A stretch of DNA of 64,000 nt from Candidatus Latescibacterota bacterium (GCA_965219995.1 CBDCOX010000002.1:4800001-4864000), one strand, 5' to 3'. Numbered from the stretch's first letter, positions 8,401-21,970 are shown. The notes: generated by a model not told the origin, from the sequence alone. Numbers and translations are program-made.

Positions 8401-9678
8401 CTAAGGGGTTCGCCCGGCCGCGCGGATGCCTTCTTTTTCGTCCACCCACTTCAGAAGTACGCTTCCCGCCACGAACAACACCGCCACGATCGAGACCCCG
8501 GCGCGCTGGGACTGGAAGACGCGCGTGAGTTCCCCGAGGGCCAGGGGGCCGAGAAACGCGGTGGCTTTTCCCGAAAAGGCGAAGAGGCCGAAGAACTCGT
8601 TCTCCTTTTCCGGCGGGACAAACCGTCCCAGGAGCGAACGGCTGGCGGACTGGTTCGGTCCGGCGAAAAACCCGACCATGATGCCCGAAACCCAGAAGAC
8701 GGTCTTGCTGTGGGTGAAGATGGCCAGCAGGGTCGCGACGATGAGAAACACGAGGCTGATCTGGATGGTGCGTTTGCCGCCCAGCAGATCGTCGAAGAAA
8801 CCCATCACAAATGCCCCGATTCCGGCGGCGACGTTCAGGACAATCCCGAAGATCATGATTTCGGTAAACGTGAAACCGAAGGTGCCGGCCGCGTAGATGC
8901 CCCCGAAGGCGAAGATGGTAATGAGCCCGTCGTTGTATACGAGCCGGGCGATGAGTAACTTGATGATTTCCTTATATTTCCTGGCATCTCCAAACGTCCG
9001 CGCGAGTTGACGATAGGAGGCAGCCAGGAGCCCCCGCGCCTGAGTGACGGGGCCTTTTTTTTTTTTCACCCACAGGAAGATGGGGACGCTGAAGACGGCG
9101 AACCACACGGCAACGAGCAGATTGGTTGCGCGGATATTGGCGCCGGCCTCCTTCGTGAAACCGAACCAGGGTGTTTCCGCACTGACGAACCCGACCATCG
9201 CGATGCCCATTGCGAGGAGGCCGCCGATATATCCCAGGCCCCATCCGTAGCCGGAGATACGACCGATGTATTCTCGTGGCGAGATGTCGGGAAGAAAAGC
9301 ATTGTAGAAGACGTTTCCCATTTCAAAGGCGAAGTTCGCGATGGCGAACCAGAGCAGCGCCTTCATGACCTGGCCCGGCGTTGCCGTATAAAGGACAGTT
9401 GTCGCGATGACGGCGATGATCGTGGTGAGGAGAAGGAAACTTTTCCGGTACCCTCCGCGGTCGGCAAGGGCACCCGCGAGAGGCGAGACGAGGGCCACCG
9501 CGATGGCGGAGAAGGTGACCCCTCTGGACCAGAGCGTGGTGCCGATGATCTCGCTCGACGCGAGGGACTTCACAAAGTACGTGGAATAGATGAAGGTGAC
9601 CACGAGGGTGGTGAAGGCGGAGTTGGCAAAATCGTACATTGCCCAGGACACGACGGTCTTTTTGTCAATCTTGTTCAA
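8401..9678 (-). CDS. MFS transporter, UMF1/ATG22 family
   Basis: SWAMYDFANSAF, VFYNAFLP, GRISGYGWGLGYIGG, QSASRSLL, EFFGLFAFSGKATAFLGP; about 12 hydrophobic segments. Start inferred at TTG 9678 because the longer ORF runs into a REP. Confidence 0.9.
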   Translation of the reverse strand: MNKIDKKTVVSWAMYDFANSAFTTLVVTFIYSTYFVKSLASSEIIGTTLWSRGVTFSAIAVALVSPLAGALADRGGYRKSFLLLTTIIAVIATTVLYTATPGQVMKALLWFAIANFAFEMGNVFYNAFLPDISPREYIGRISGYGWGLGYIGGLLAMGIAMVGFVSAETPWFGFTKEAGANIRATNLLVAVWFAVFSVPIFLWVKKKKGPVTQARGLLAASYRQLARTFGDARKYKEIIKLLIARLVYNDGLITIFAFGGIYAAGTFGFTFTEIMIFGIVLNVAAGIGAFVMGFFDDLLGGKRTIQISLVFLIVATLLAIFTHSKTVFWVSGIMVGFFAGPNQSASRSLLGRFVPPEKENEFFGLFAFSGKATAFLGPLALGELTRVFQSQRAGVSIVAVLFVAGSVLLKWVDEKEGIRAAGRTP

Positions 9679-9707
9679 GAGCGGGCGGGCCCTTCCCCAA
9701 TAACACA

Positions 9708-9814
9708 AGGGCGACCACAAGGGTCGCCCCTACGATTGCAGATCGTGCGTAGCCAGAAACCGGATGGCAGTGCCGCGGTCGAATTTGTAGGGGCGACCGG
9801 CCCCTCGCCCCTAC
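9708..9814. repeat. Pair of GTAG-type REP palindromes (REPIN-like)
   Basis: agggcgaccacaagggtcgcccctac (9708-9733) and gtaggggcgaccggcccctcgcccctac (9787-9814). Confidence 0.75.
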
Positions 9815-9838
9815 TGCTGAGAGCTGAAAGCCTTTCGC

Positions 9839-12715
9839 TTAGAAGTCCGCCGTCAGTCCGACCGAAACGAGGCGGCCAATCTCAGGCGCCCCGACGAATT
9901 CCCGGTGCTTCTGGTTGAACATGTTGGAAGCGTTGACGACGAGTGCGACGGTTCCATCCGTAATCACGGACGGCAGTTCATATCTCACGTTTGTGTCGAA
10001 GACCAGGGAAGATTTGACGTCGCCGATGTAGACGCCCGAGATCATCGGAAAACCGCTGCGGCCTCGGAGACGGAATCCCACCCGGATCCCGCGGTCCGGC
10101 ATATTGGCCGTTGCGCCGAGCGTGAATTTGTTGCCTGGGGCGTTGAGCGCGACGTCCGCGATGCCGCCCAGATTCCTGAAAAGGTCCTTGTTGACGTGTG
10201 AATAACTGCCCGTGAACGTCCACATTTCGTCGGCGTAATAGGCAAGGCTGACGTCGAAGCCGTAGAAATCCACGTCGCCAAAGTTGCGGTACGTCAGCAT
10301 GATCGCATTTGGATCGGACGCTTGCAGGGGCGACACGGTGCCGAAGGGAATAAACGCGGCGCCGTTGTCATTCGTGCCGGCAACGAAGAGGCGGGTGATT
10401 TCATCGATCGGCGTGTTGTTGCCGTTGCCGCCCTGTTCCGGCGCATCGAGGACCCCCAGTGCCGCGGCCAGCAGCGCCGCGGAGGGGTCCTGGAGGGCCT
10501 GGGCGAGAGCGGCGGACAGAGAGGCCGCAAGCGCGTCCGGATCCAGGAAGACGTTAGGCGTTTCCACGCGCAGCGGCGCGACGAAGTCGTGGGTGCGGGT
10601 ACGGTACACGTCCGCTGCAAGGGCGAACCGGTTGCCGAATATGCCCTTGTAACCCACTTCGTAGGTTTCCGTTATCGTGGGTCTGATCTTGTCAATATCA
10701 CGTATGGTCGAAGCACCCGGGACCGGGTCGAAGGCAGCCGTTGTCGGATTCAGGACCCGGAGCGTGTTCCGGAGGCCCGGCAGGGTCTGCGGTATGAGAT
10801 TCTGAAACGCGACCGCCAGCCCTTCCACCTGCTGGGCTGCAATGGCCGGAATCTGTTCGGCAGGGATCCCGGCGGCCGCGAGTTGCCCGGAAATCACGGC
10901 GGTTGCAAGTTGCTTCAGTGACGGAAGGGCCGCTTCCATGACGGCGCTTCGGCCGATTCCCCACATGACGTTGCTGAACCTCGCGTCGTTCATCCCGATC
11001 TGGTGTGAAGGCGACAGGCCGATGACCTGGGCGAACGGTGAACGGAAGGTGGGTACGCCGCTGGCGTCGCGGCTCCATGTAAACCCATCCTCGGTGCCCT
11101 GCGCGCGGATGTCGAAACTGGGACTGAATCCCAGGACCGGCGCAAAGGCGCGACCCGTACCGAAGGCGTCCCTGGCCTGGACGATATCCAGGAAGAAATT
11201 GCCCGTGGATGGCGTACTGAACGCCCTGTTGTACGTCAGCCTGACGGTCTGCAGCGGGTCGGGCTTCAGAACCACCGCCGCCCTTGGTGAGAATACCCGC
11301 TCATCAATGTGGTTGTGGTCGTCGTACCGGGCGGCCGCCACCACAGTCAGATACTCGTTCAGGCTGCTCTCGCCCTGCACGTAGACCCCGAATTCGTCAA
11401 CGTCGTCGCGGGTCTCGTTGGCGCCGTTTATGGTCCCTTCGGTATTCGGGCGCGTGAACAGGCCGTCCACCCCGTAGGTGACCCGGTGGCGGTCTTCCAC
11501 GCTCAGGCTATGCTGGGCCTGCAGCACCGTAAAGGACGACTTGTCCACAATTGGATCGTTTGTCCGCAGGAGTTTGGTATCTTTGGCGTCGCTGCTGTTG
11601 TGAAAGGCCTGAATGAAGAAGTCCTTGAAGAGCAGGCGACCCTGGAAAGAGTAGTTGGTCCACCCATCGGCCTGGCCCGCGCCGATACCCGTCATCTCGA
11701 TGCTGTTCAACCGGGCGAATCCGGCGGAAAGAATCCCCGTCAGGTCCTCTGTGGGCCGGACGTCCAGCCGAAGTTCTCCGCTGAGCCGGCTGACGTCGTA
11801 ATCTCTCGGATTCCGGCCCCGCAGCCGCACCTCTTCCGGGTCTTCATGTTCCCAATCGGTTCCGGAAAAGTACTGTCCGGAGAGTTTCATGCCGACCGTT
11901 TCCGTGGTTGCGGCGTGCCGGAAAGAGAGATTCCGCAGGTCGCGTTCGCCGCCCATCACGCTGACGGACGTGCCTTCAGAGCCGAAGGGCGACCGGGTGA
12001 TGATATGCATCACACCGTTTGCGCTGTTCGGTCCGTAAAGGGCCGATCCCGGTCCCAGGACGACCTCAACGCGGTCGACGTCGTGGTTCGTAATGGGAAT
12101 GAAATGATGTGCGTTGAACCGGAGAGACGGCACACGGGTAATGCGGTTGTCCACCAGCGTGAGCAGCGTTCCGGAGAAGACGTTGTTGAAACCGCGCGCC
12201 ACGGTGTTGGCCTGGAACAGCCCGGTCTGGGCGTTGTCCACGCCCGCAAGCCCCACGATATAATCCGCGGCGCTGAGACCGCGCTGCGCCTGAACGTCGT
12301 CGGTCCCGACAACCGCGACGGACGCGGGAGCATCCAGGACTTTTTCCCGCCGGCGGGACGCGGAGACGATGATCTGGTCACCGTAAAGTACCTCGACCGC
12401 GAGGCTGAAGTCGAGATTGACCTCGCCGCCGTCGGAAATGCGGACGTTGCTCCGGGTGACGGACTCGTATCCGACAAAGGATACGGAGACTTCATAGACG
12501 CCGTCCGGAAGATTCCCGGCCTCGTACATACCGTTCTCTTCCGACACAACGGTCAGTGGACCGGAGAGTGCCGAACCCTGGACGATGACGTTCGCGCCGA
12601 ATAGGGGTTCACCATCGTCGCCGGTGATCTGTCCCTTGATGGCGCCCGCGCCCTGGGCGAAGGCAGGGGTGACCAGGCACAGAAGCAGGGCCAGTGCGGA
12701 CCGTACGGATGACAT
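9839..12715 (-). CDS. TonB-dependent receptor with N-terminal carboxypeptidase-regulatory-like domain
   Basis: Signal peptide, IIVSASRR TonB-box region, DRVEVVLGPGSALYG.N..NGVMHIITR plug motif, C-terminal F; SD aaggag before ATG 12715. Confidence 0.93.
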   Translation of the reverse strand: MSSVRSALALLLCLVTPAFAQGAGAIKGQITGDDGEPLFGANVIVQGSALSGPLTVVSEENGMYEAGNLPDGVYEVSVSFVGYESVTRSNVRISDGGEVNLDFSLAVEVLYGDQIIVSASRRREKVLDAPASVAVVGTDDVQAQRGLSAADYIVGLAGVDNAQTGLFQANTVARGFNNVFSGTLLTLVDNRITRVPSLRFNAHHFIPITNHDVDRVEVVLGPGSALYGPNSANGVMHIITRSPFGSEGTSVSVMGGERDLRNLSFRHAATTETVGMKLSGQYFSGTDWEHEDPEEVRLRGRNPRDYDVSRLSGELRLDVRPTEDLTGILSAGFARLNSIEMTGIGAGQADGWTNYSFQGRLLFKDFFIQAFHNSSDAKDTKLLRTNDPIVDKSSFTVLQAQHSLSVEDRHRVTYGVDGLFTRPNTEGTINGANETRDDVDEFGVYVQGESSLNEYLTVVAAARYDDHNHIDERVFSPRAAVVLKPDPLQTVRLTYNRAFSTPSTGNFFLDIVQARDAFGTGRAFAPVLGFSPSFDIRAQGTEDGFTWSRDASGVPTFRSPFAQVIGLSPSHQIGMNDARFSNVMWGIGRSAVMEAALPSLKQLATAVISGQLAAAGIPAEQIPAIAAQQVEGLAVAFQNLIPQTLPGLRNTLRVLNPTTAAFDPVPGASTIRDIDKIRPTITETYEVGYKGIFGNRFALAADVYRTRTHDFVAPLRVETPNVFLDPDALAASLSAALAQALQDPSAALLAAALGVLDAPEQGGNGNNTPIDEITRLFVAGTNDNGAAFIPFGTVSPLQASDPNAIMLTYRNFGDVDFYGFDVSLAYYADEMWTFTGSYSHVNKDLFRNLGGIADVALNAPGNKFTLGATANMPDRGIRVGFRLRGRSGFPMISGVYIGDVKSSLVFDTNVRYELPSVITDGTVALVVNASNMFNQKHREFVGAPEIGRLVSVGLTADF

Positions 12716-12824
12716 ACACTCACTCCTTACGTTTGAAGTTCGGATTTTCGGCCTGTGTGTGAGGAGAATGGACAAATTCGGGAAACACAGTGTCCCGTTC
12801 CGGAGTTATGTTACCATTCAACGG

Positions 12825-13385
12825 TCAGGTTCTATCGCGGCCTTCCACGTTGGCGAGCGCCGCTTTGATGGCGCCCGCCAGCGGTTCCGGAGAAGCCAGG
12901 TATTGCCGCGTACTCGAGAAGACGCGGCCGCCGATCGGTTCGCCGGGAAGCCTTGGAATCAGCTGAAAGTGAAGGTGAGAAAGCCGTCCGGAACACATGG
13001 TGACCTGGTATACCTTGTCGCAGCCGGTAGCCGTTTTCAGCGCGCGGGTCAGGCGGAGCATGACCGCCATCAATTCCATTCCGAACGCTTCAGACAGGTC
13101 GGCGATATCCGGGACGTGCGGCCTGGCGATAACGATCGTGTGACCCAGGCCGCGCGGGTATTGCTCGAGAAACGCGAGACAGCGCTCGTTTTCGAACAAC
13201 AGCGCGCCGTCCGAGTTCGACGTTGCATCTCCGCCGGCGATCCAGTGACAGGTGTGGCACACACCCTGCTCGATTAGCCGGTTCCATCCGCGACCACGTT
13301 CCGCACGTTCGCGCACTTCGTGCTCCGTGGCCGGCCTTATACAGTCCTTTAGACGTTCGAGATCCACAGGTTTACGGTCTGGCAT
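12825..13385 (-). CDS. HIT family protein (HxHxQ variant)
   Basis: CHTC, AFLEQYPRGLGHTIVIARPHV, SHLHFQLIPR. Confidence 0.85.
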   Translation of the reverse strand: MPDRKPVDLERLKDCIRPATEHEVRERAERGRGWNRLIEQGVCHTCHWIAGGDATSNSDGALLFENERCLAFLEQYPRGLGHTIVIARPHVPDIADLSEAFGMELMAVMLRLTRALKTATGCDKVYQVTMCSGRLSHLHFQLIPRLPGEPIGGRVFSSTRQYLASPEPLAGAIKAALANVEGRDRT

Positions 13386-13564
13386 CTATTCTCAAGTGTC
13401 GAGAATTGGGACGGTCGTTTTTCTAAATATAAGGCATTATAATCTTCCTGCCCGTAAAAATCAACTTTGTTGCAAGTTGCCCGCGGGACGACACCCAACC
13501 TTGATTCGCTTCGGGGTTTTTTACGGAAGATCGAGGTACAGACGATGCCGCCCGGCGTTGTCGC

Positions 13565-17896
<4,332 letters not shown>

Positions 17897-18036
17897 GTGT
17901 GTTCCTCATCCGGAGTCCGTCGACGCCGTGACGAGATGGGTTGGCCACGCTGAAAAGGGGAACATCCGTTCACTAATATAATGAACGACAATCTCAAACG
18001 CAAGGCAGCGGAATCCGGTATGGGAAAAAGAGACAG

Positions 18037-18255
18037 AAGGCGGGGAGACGTAAGAAGGTAGACGGTAGAGGACAACCTGCGTCCTTGAAACGACGACACG
18101 GCCTCGCGAAATCTAGCGGCGATAGTCGCGCAGACCTATCCCCCCTGCCTGCCGAAAAACCACCGGCAGGCAGGGACCCTTTCCTGAAGGAAAGGGAAAC
18201 CAGCGCCAAGCGATGGAATCCCGCTTTCCCGCTTCCTTCAGGAAGGGGGTAGGTC
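18037..18255. repeat. Composite intergenic repeat (heptamer arm plus C/G-rich hairpins), copy 1
   Basis: Colinear with 32819-33015: aaggcgg.gaga.gtaaga.gg.agacggtaga...acggcct.gcga...ctagcgg...gcgcagacct.cccc...cttccttcaggaaggggg...taggtc. Confidence 0.75.
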
Positions 18256-18354
18256 CCCGCGCCGAGCGGCGCCGTTTTTTTCCTGTGAGCGCTGTCCCGA
18301 AAGGGCTTGTCCGCCGACCTGGGACCTGTAATGGAGTTTCATTGAAGGGTACCG

Positions 18355-19074
18355 TCACGGCCTGAACTCGTCCCAGTGCGTGATCGAATCCTTCCATTTG
18401 TCCGGCTCTGCCGTCGGCCGTTCGCGCGACCGATCGAAATAGATCGCGTTCATGCCCAGCGATTTCGGGGCCAGAACGTCGTTTCGCAGATTGTCCCCGA
18501 TGAACAGGACATCGCCCGCCCGGTCGGCGCCGAGGCCGGCGCGTCGAAGCGCCTCGAGATAGATCTCATGACCGGGTTTTCGAAAACCGATCGCCGCGCT
18601 GTCGATCACGAACTCGAAATGCTGCAGGAGCTCGTGAACGCCCAGGAGCCGCTCCGGCCAACCGGGCAGGTAGAAATTCGACACGACGCCCATTCGAACG
18701 CTTCCGCACCACACCGACAGCATCTTTTCGACGCCCGGGGTTCGACGGACCTGCTTCGGATAGGACCGTTCGAATACTGCCACCATCTCCTGTACGAGCC
18801 GGTGTATTGGCACTCGACCGGTCGTTCCGCAAGCGGAAAGCACCTCCGACATCCGGTCTCCAAGCTCGATTTCCCTCGACGCGCCGCCGAACAACCGGTT
18901 TTCCCGCCATCGCGAGTACGCAGCCTCGAACTCGCGTGGCGTAGCAAAGTAGCCCTCCCGGACCGGAAGGTCGAGAATCGAGCCCAGACCGGATTCATCT
19001 CCGGCCTCGTCGAAATCATCGAGAAGGGTATTGAAGCAGTCGAAGAAGATCCACGCGGGTCTACGGTCGGTCAT
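18355..19074 (-). CDS. HAD-superfamily hydrolase
   Basis: IFFDCFNTLLD, VVSN, RKPG..IY, FIGDNLRND. Confidence 0.9.
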   Translation of the reverse strand: MTDRRPAWIFFDCFNTLLDDFDEAGDESGLGSILDLPVREGYFATPREFEAAYSRWRENRLFGGASREIELGDRMSEVLSACGTTGRVPIHRLVQEMVAVFERSYPKQVRRTPGVEKMLSVWCGSVRMGVVSNFYLPGWPERLLGVHELLQHFEFVIDSAAIGFRKPGHEIYLEALRRAGLGADRAGDVLFIGDNLRNDVLAPKSLGMNAIYFDRSRERPTAEPDKWKDSITHWDEFRP

Positions 19075-19107
19075 GGGGTATTCGGGGGCGATTGCAAGGG
19101 AACGGCA

Positions 19108-19851
19108 TCAATCGAGGGGATTGTCGAGGGTCCATTTGAGGACGGTATCGAGGCCGGCGAGATGCGCCGCGGTTCGCTGCGCCATCGGCCAGTCCGTGGG
19201 CGTCTCGAAGATCAGAACGTGGTCCGCGTGGTAATGATGTACGTACGGGACGATCCCGCCGATCCCCCACGCGGGATCGACTTTGTAGACCCCGCGGGAA
19301 ACCGGAATGTCGTTCTCGTCCTCCGTATCCGGATCGATAGGACCCACCTGCTCGACTTGGCGAACGACGTCCGGCCCCGCGTACCGGTCATCTCGCCGGA
19401 CTTCATACATGTAGAATCCGGCGGCCTCCCAGTCTTCGTGGAAATCCACGTATACGTCGAATCGCTCTCCCTTCAACATTCGCCGGCCGATTTCGCCTTC
19501 GGGAACACCGGACTCGGAGAACGACCGGTTGATGTCCTGACCCTTGCTGTTTTCCCGCTTGTTGTGGACGTACCCCCAGGGATTGACACACGGCAGAATC
19601 AGGAACACGAAATCCTCCAGCAGGTCCGCCGGGTCCCGTTCGAGGAATGCAAGGACGGCCTCCGGCCCCGCCGGTTCGTCACCGTGGACCCCGCCGGAGA
19701 GAAGCACCCGCCTCCTGCCGCGCGCGTCGCCGCCCAACCGGATGCAATGGATCGGATAATCGTCCACGTATCCCGCCGTCGCCATCTCCATGTCGGCGAG
19801 ATCAAGCGACTCCAGACGTTGTGTCAATCCATCGAAATCATGGCCTGACAT
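19108..19851 (-). CDS. M14-family zinc carboxypeptidase / succinylglutamate desuccinylase-like
   Basis: GGVHGDEPAG, PCVNPWGY, DINRSF, DFHED, FETP. Confidence 0.88.
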   Translation of the reverse strand: MSGHDFDGLTQRLESLDLADMEMATAGYVDDYPIHCIRLGGDARGRRRVLLSGGVHGDEPAGPEAVLAFLERDPADLLEDFVFLILPCVNPWGYVHNKRENSKGQDINRSFSESGVPEGEIGRRMLKGERFDVYVDFHEDWEAAGFYMYEVRRDDRYAGPDVVRQVEQVGPIDPDTEDENDIPVSRGVYKVDPAWGIGGIVPYVHHYHADHVLIFETPTDWPMAQRTAAHLAGLDTVLKWTLDNPLD

Positions 19852-19944
19852 CTTTACAACTTCCGTGTTTTCTGGCGTGGCTTCGCTATGCTCAGCGGCG
19901 ACCAAATAGGTGGAAATGAACGGGCGAGCACATTTGATGGTTCA

Positions 19945-20110
19945 ATCACTCCCCCTAGAGGGGCAGTCGCAGAAGCCGAGCCGTCCCCTGAGCTTGTCGA
20001 AGGGCCGGCGACGGCTGATCCGGTGGGGGGATTTCAATGCCTCACCATATGCAAGCAGCAGGATTGAACATCTACACATTTTGACCTGAAGTCTTACTGT
20101 AAGGTCTAAA
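19945..20110. repeat. Interspersed repeat R1 copy A (about 165 bp)
   Basis: Colinear with 59705-59903: atcactccccc..gagggg.agtcgcagaagccgagccg...ccctgagc..gtcgaagggccggcgacggctgat.cggtgggggg...gaagtcttactgtaag. Confidence 0.85.
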
Positions 20111-20114
20111 ATGT

Positions 20115-21815
20115 TCAGAGAAGCGTTCGATAGCGATCGAGTGCCACGTGTTTCATGGTCCCGACGAGATGCTTCGATACCATCCGAAAGGCACTATCCA
20201 GACCCTTCGCATATTCCAGGTCCACGATGGCGTTTCCGGATGCTTGGATTTTCCTCCGGGTGGGATTCTTGTAATTGTTGGACAGCTCGACCAATTCATG
20301 AATTCGGGTCCGATCCGAGATAATGATTGGCGCGCAGCATTCGATTGCTCTACCCAGCATCAACGTCGCCAGACGCGACGAATCCGCAGGAAGTTCGTCC
20401 CACACATTCCAGATGATCGGTTGGCAGTCTGCCTGTTTCGCGCGGTCGATCACGCCAAAACACGCGGCTGCATCCAGAATACGATCATTTGGCACAATTC
20501 CGACGTAAACTGATCCGTGGACAGTTTCCACATCACATCCGGTTGCATCCACTGCAACCCATCCCGACCGACTCAGGACTGCCGGATGTTCGTCGATTTG
20601 TCGAACGTGGATTGGCATCTTTGCATTTGCGTTACGTGGATTCTGTAGTCTTGCTTTCGGCAGGTCATCGGCCCGTGGAACCCGATCCCACTCCAATTCT
20701 CCGCCAAGTAAACCCGTATCGAGATCTACAATGTAGATCGTCTCCGATTCCGTGCATTTCGACAATGGAAGTGAATTGCTGGTACCTGCCTTTCTCGCTT
20801 TAAGTTCATTGCCGTCTGGAGAAAACGCAAACGGATGAGTTCTGGTCGTCTTTTGCTTATTGCAATGCAGCGTACACAGTGAGAACATCCGATTCTCTAC
20901 CGCTCTTAGACGAAGAATGGACGACCATTTGATTTCAGAGACATTGTCGTAGCTTGGATTAATCCATATCCGCGCACCGCGTTTTGCTAGAAAACGTGGC
21001 AGAAGACCCAAATATTGGTCGTGACAGATCGTCGTACCAGCCGTCACGCCGGCCAAGTCGAAAGTCGGAAGCATCGAGTTCGGTCTCCAGGCGGGCCTCT
21101 CAAAAGCAACTGCGCATTCCGTCGAATGTTTTACATATATCCGTGAATGCGATCTATCTGGATTCACACGTAACAGGACCTGCCAGGTGCGGCCAGTAGA
21201 GTCGACATTATTGTCGGTCGCGCCGACGAGCAATCGGGCCTCCAGATCTGCAGCGAGTTTTTTCAGTGAGTTGATTCGTTTGGAATCGGACGCGTTAATG
21301 TATCCTTCCGGAAAGAGAACAAAGTCGACGTTTTCGCCTGCAAAGGAGGCGAGGGTAGGAATGACGGGCATTTGCGCATTGTCTCCGCGAGGCACGATCC
21401 CGAACAGCGCGCTGCGGTTTACCTGAGGAAATACAAGTGCCACTCGTAGTACGGAAGCGTTTCGAGCCGCTGACAGTTGTCTTTTCTCTATCGTTTGGCT
21501 CTCCCGAAATGGCTTCTTACCCGGCATGCAATAACCGATACTGCCAATGCTGCCGCCGCATTTGCAGTGAATAACATCGAAGCCAAGTGCGCTGAGAAAG
21601 CCGTTGGACTCAGCACCTCCTGAGAATTCGTATGAAGGTAGAAACTGACCTTTACGAACGTGGTGAGCCACTGCAATGGCGTACTTAGGCGGAAAATGAC
21701 AGCCATCCTTCACCAGGCAGTAGACCCGCGCTTTCCTGTTCGCTGGAACACCGTCACGCCTGATGCGCCGAATTGCCTCCATCAAGTCTTGTTTTGTAAT
21801 GTAAGACGGGATCAT
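20115..21815 (-). CDS. Fusion of a restriction-enzyme-type N-terminal domain and a carbon-nitrogen hydrolase (nitrilase superfamily) domain
   Basis: Glu-Lys-Cys triad motifs VLFPEGY, YVKHS and TICHD, plus RAVEN. The N-terminal ~82 aa (IT..DL.EAI..I..DGVP..R....Y.L...G..FPPKY.I......FSGG.E.N.FL..LGF) resembles N-termini of McrB/McrA-like enzymes. Visibly lower GC than its neighbours. Confidence 0.8.
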   Translation of the reverse strand: MIPSYITKQDLMEAIRRIRRDGVPANRKARVYCLVKDGCHFPPKYAIAVAHHVRKGQFLPSYEFSGGAESNGFLSALGFDVIHCKCGGSIGSIGYCMPGKKPFRESQTIEKRQLSAARNASVLRVALVFPQVNRSALFGIVPRGDNAQMPVIPTLASFAGENVDFVLFPEGYINASDSKRINSLKKLAADLEARLLVGATDNNVDSTGRTWQVLLRVNPDRSHSRIYVKHSTECAVAFERPAWRPNSMLPTFDLAGVTAGTTICHDQYLGLLPRFLAKRGARIWINPSYDNVSEIKWSSILRLRAVENRMFSLCTLHCNKQKTTRTHPFAFSPDGNELKARKAGTSNSLPLSKCTESETIYIVDLDTGLLGGELEWDRVPRADDLPKARLQNPRNANAKMPIHVRQIDEHPAVLSRSGWVAVDATGCDVETVHGSVYVGIVPNDRILDAAACFGVIDRAKQADCQPIIWNVWDELPADSSRLATLMLGRAIECCAPIIISDRTRIHELVELSNNYKNPTRRKIQASGNAIVDLEYAKGLDSAFRMVSKHLVGTMKHVALDRYRTLL

Positions 21816-21970
21816 AATTGATTTAGCTATTGTGTTTTCCCGATTGGGACGAGCGTGCGCTTTGTCGCTAGCGTTGAGTCGGGTGTTACGGGCTGAATTC
21901 TAGCTGATTGGTCAGCCACACGATATTACCGGGGATGGAAATTCGCCATATGCTCATTCCTCCCCACCAG

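Noticed and set aside
12716-12825. Possible cobalamin or other riboswitch before the TonB receptor
   Set aside because: The intergenic space is only about 110 nt and lacks a B12 box or other conserved motifs.
21840-21895. attC-like start (TAAC...CTCAAC on the minus strand) upstream of the nitrilase fusion
   Set aside because: No complementary closing GTTRRRY arm, no second attC and no integron integrase.
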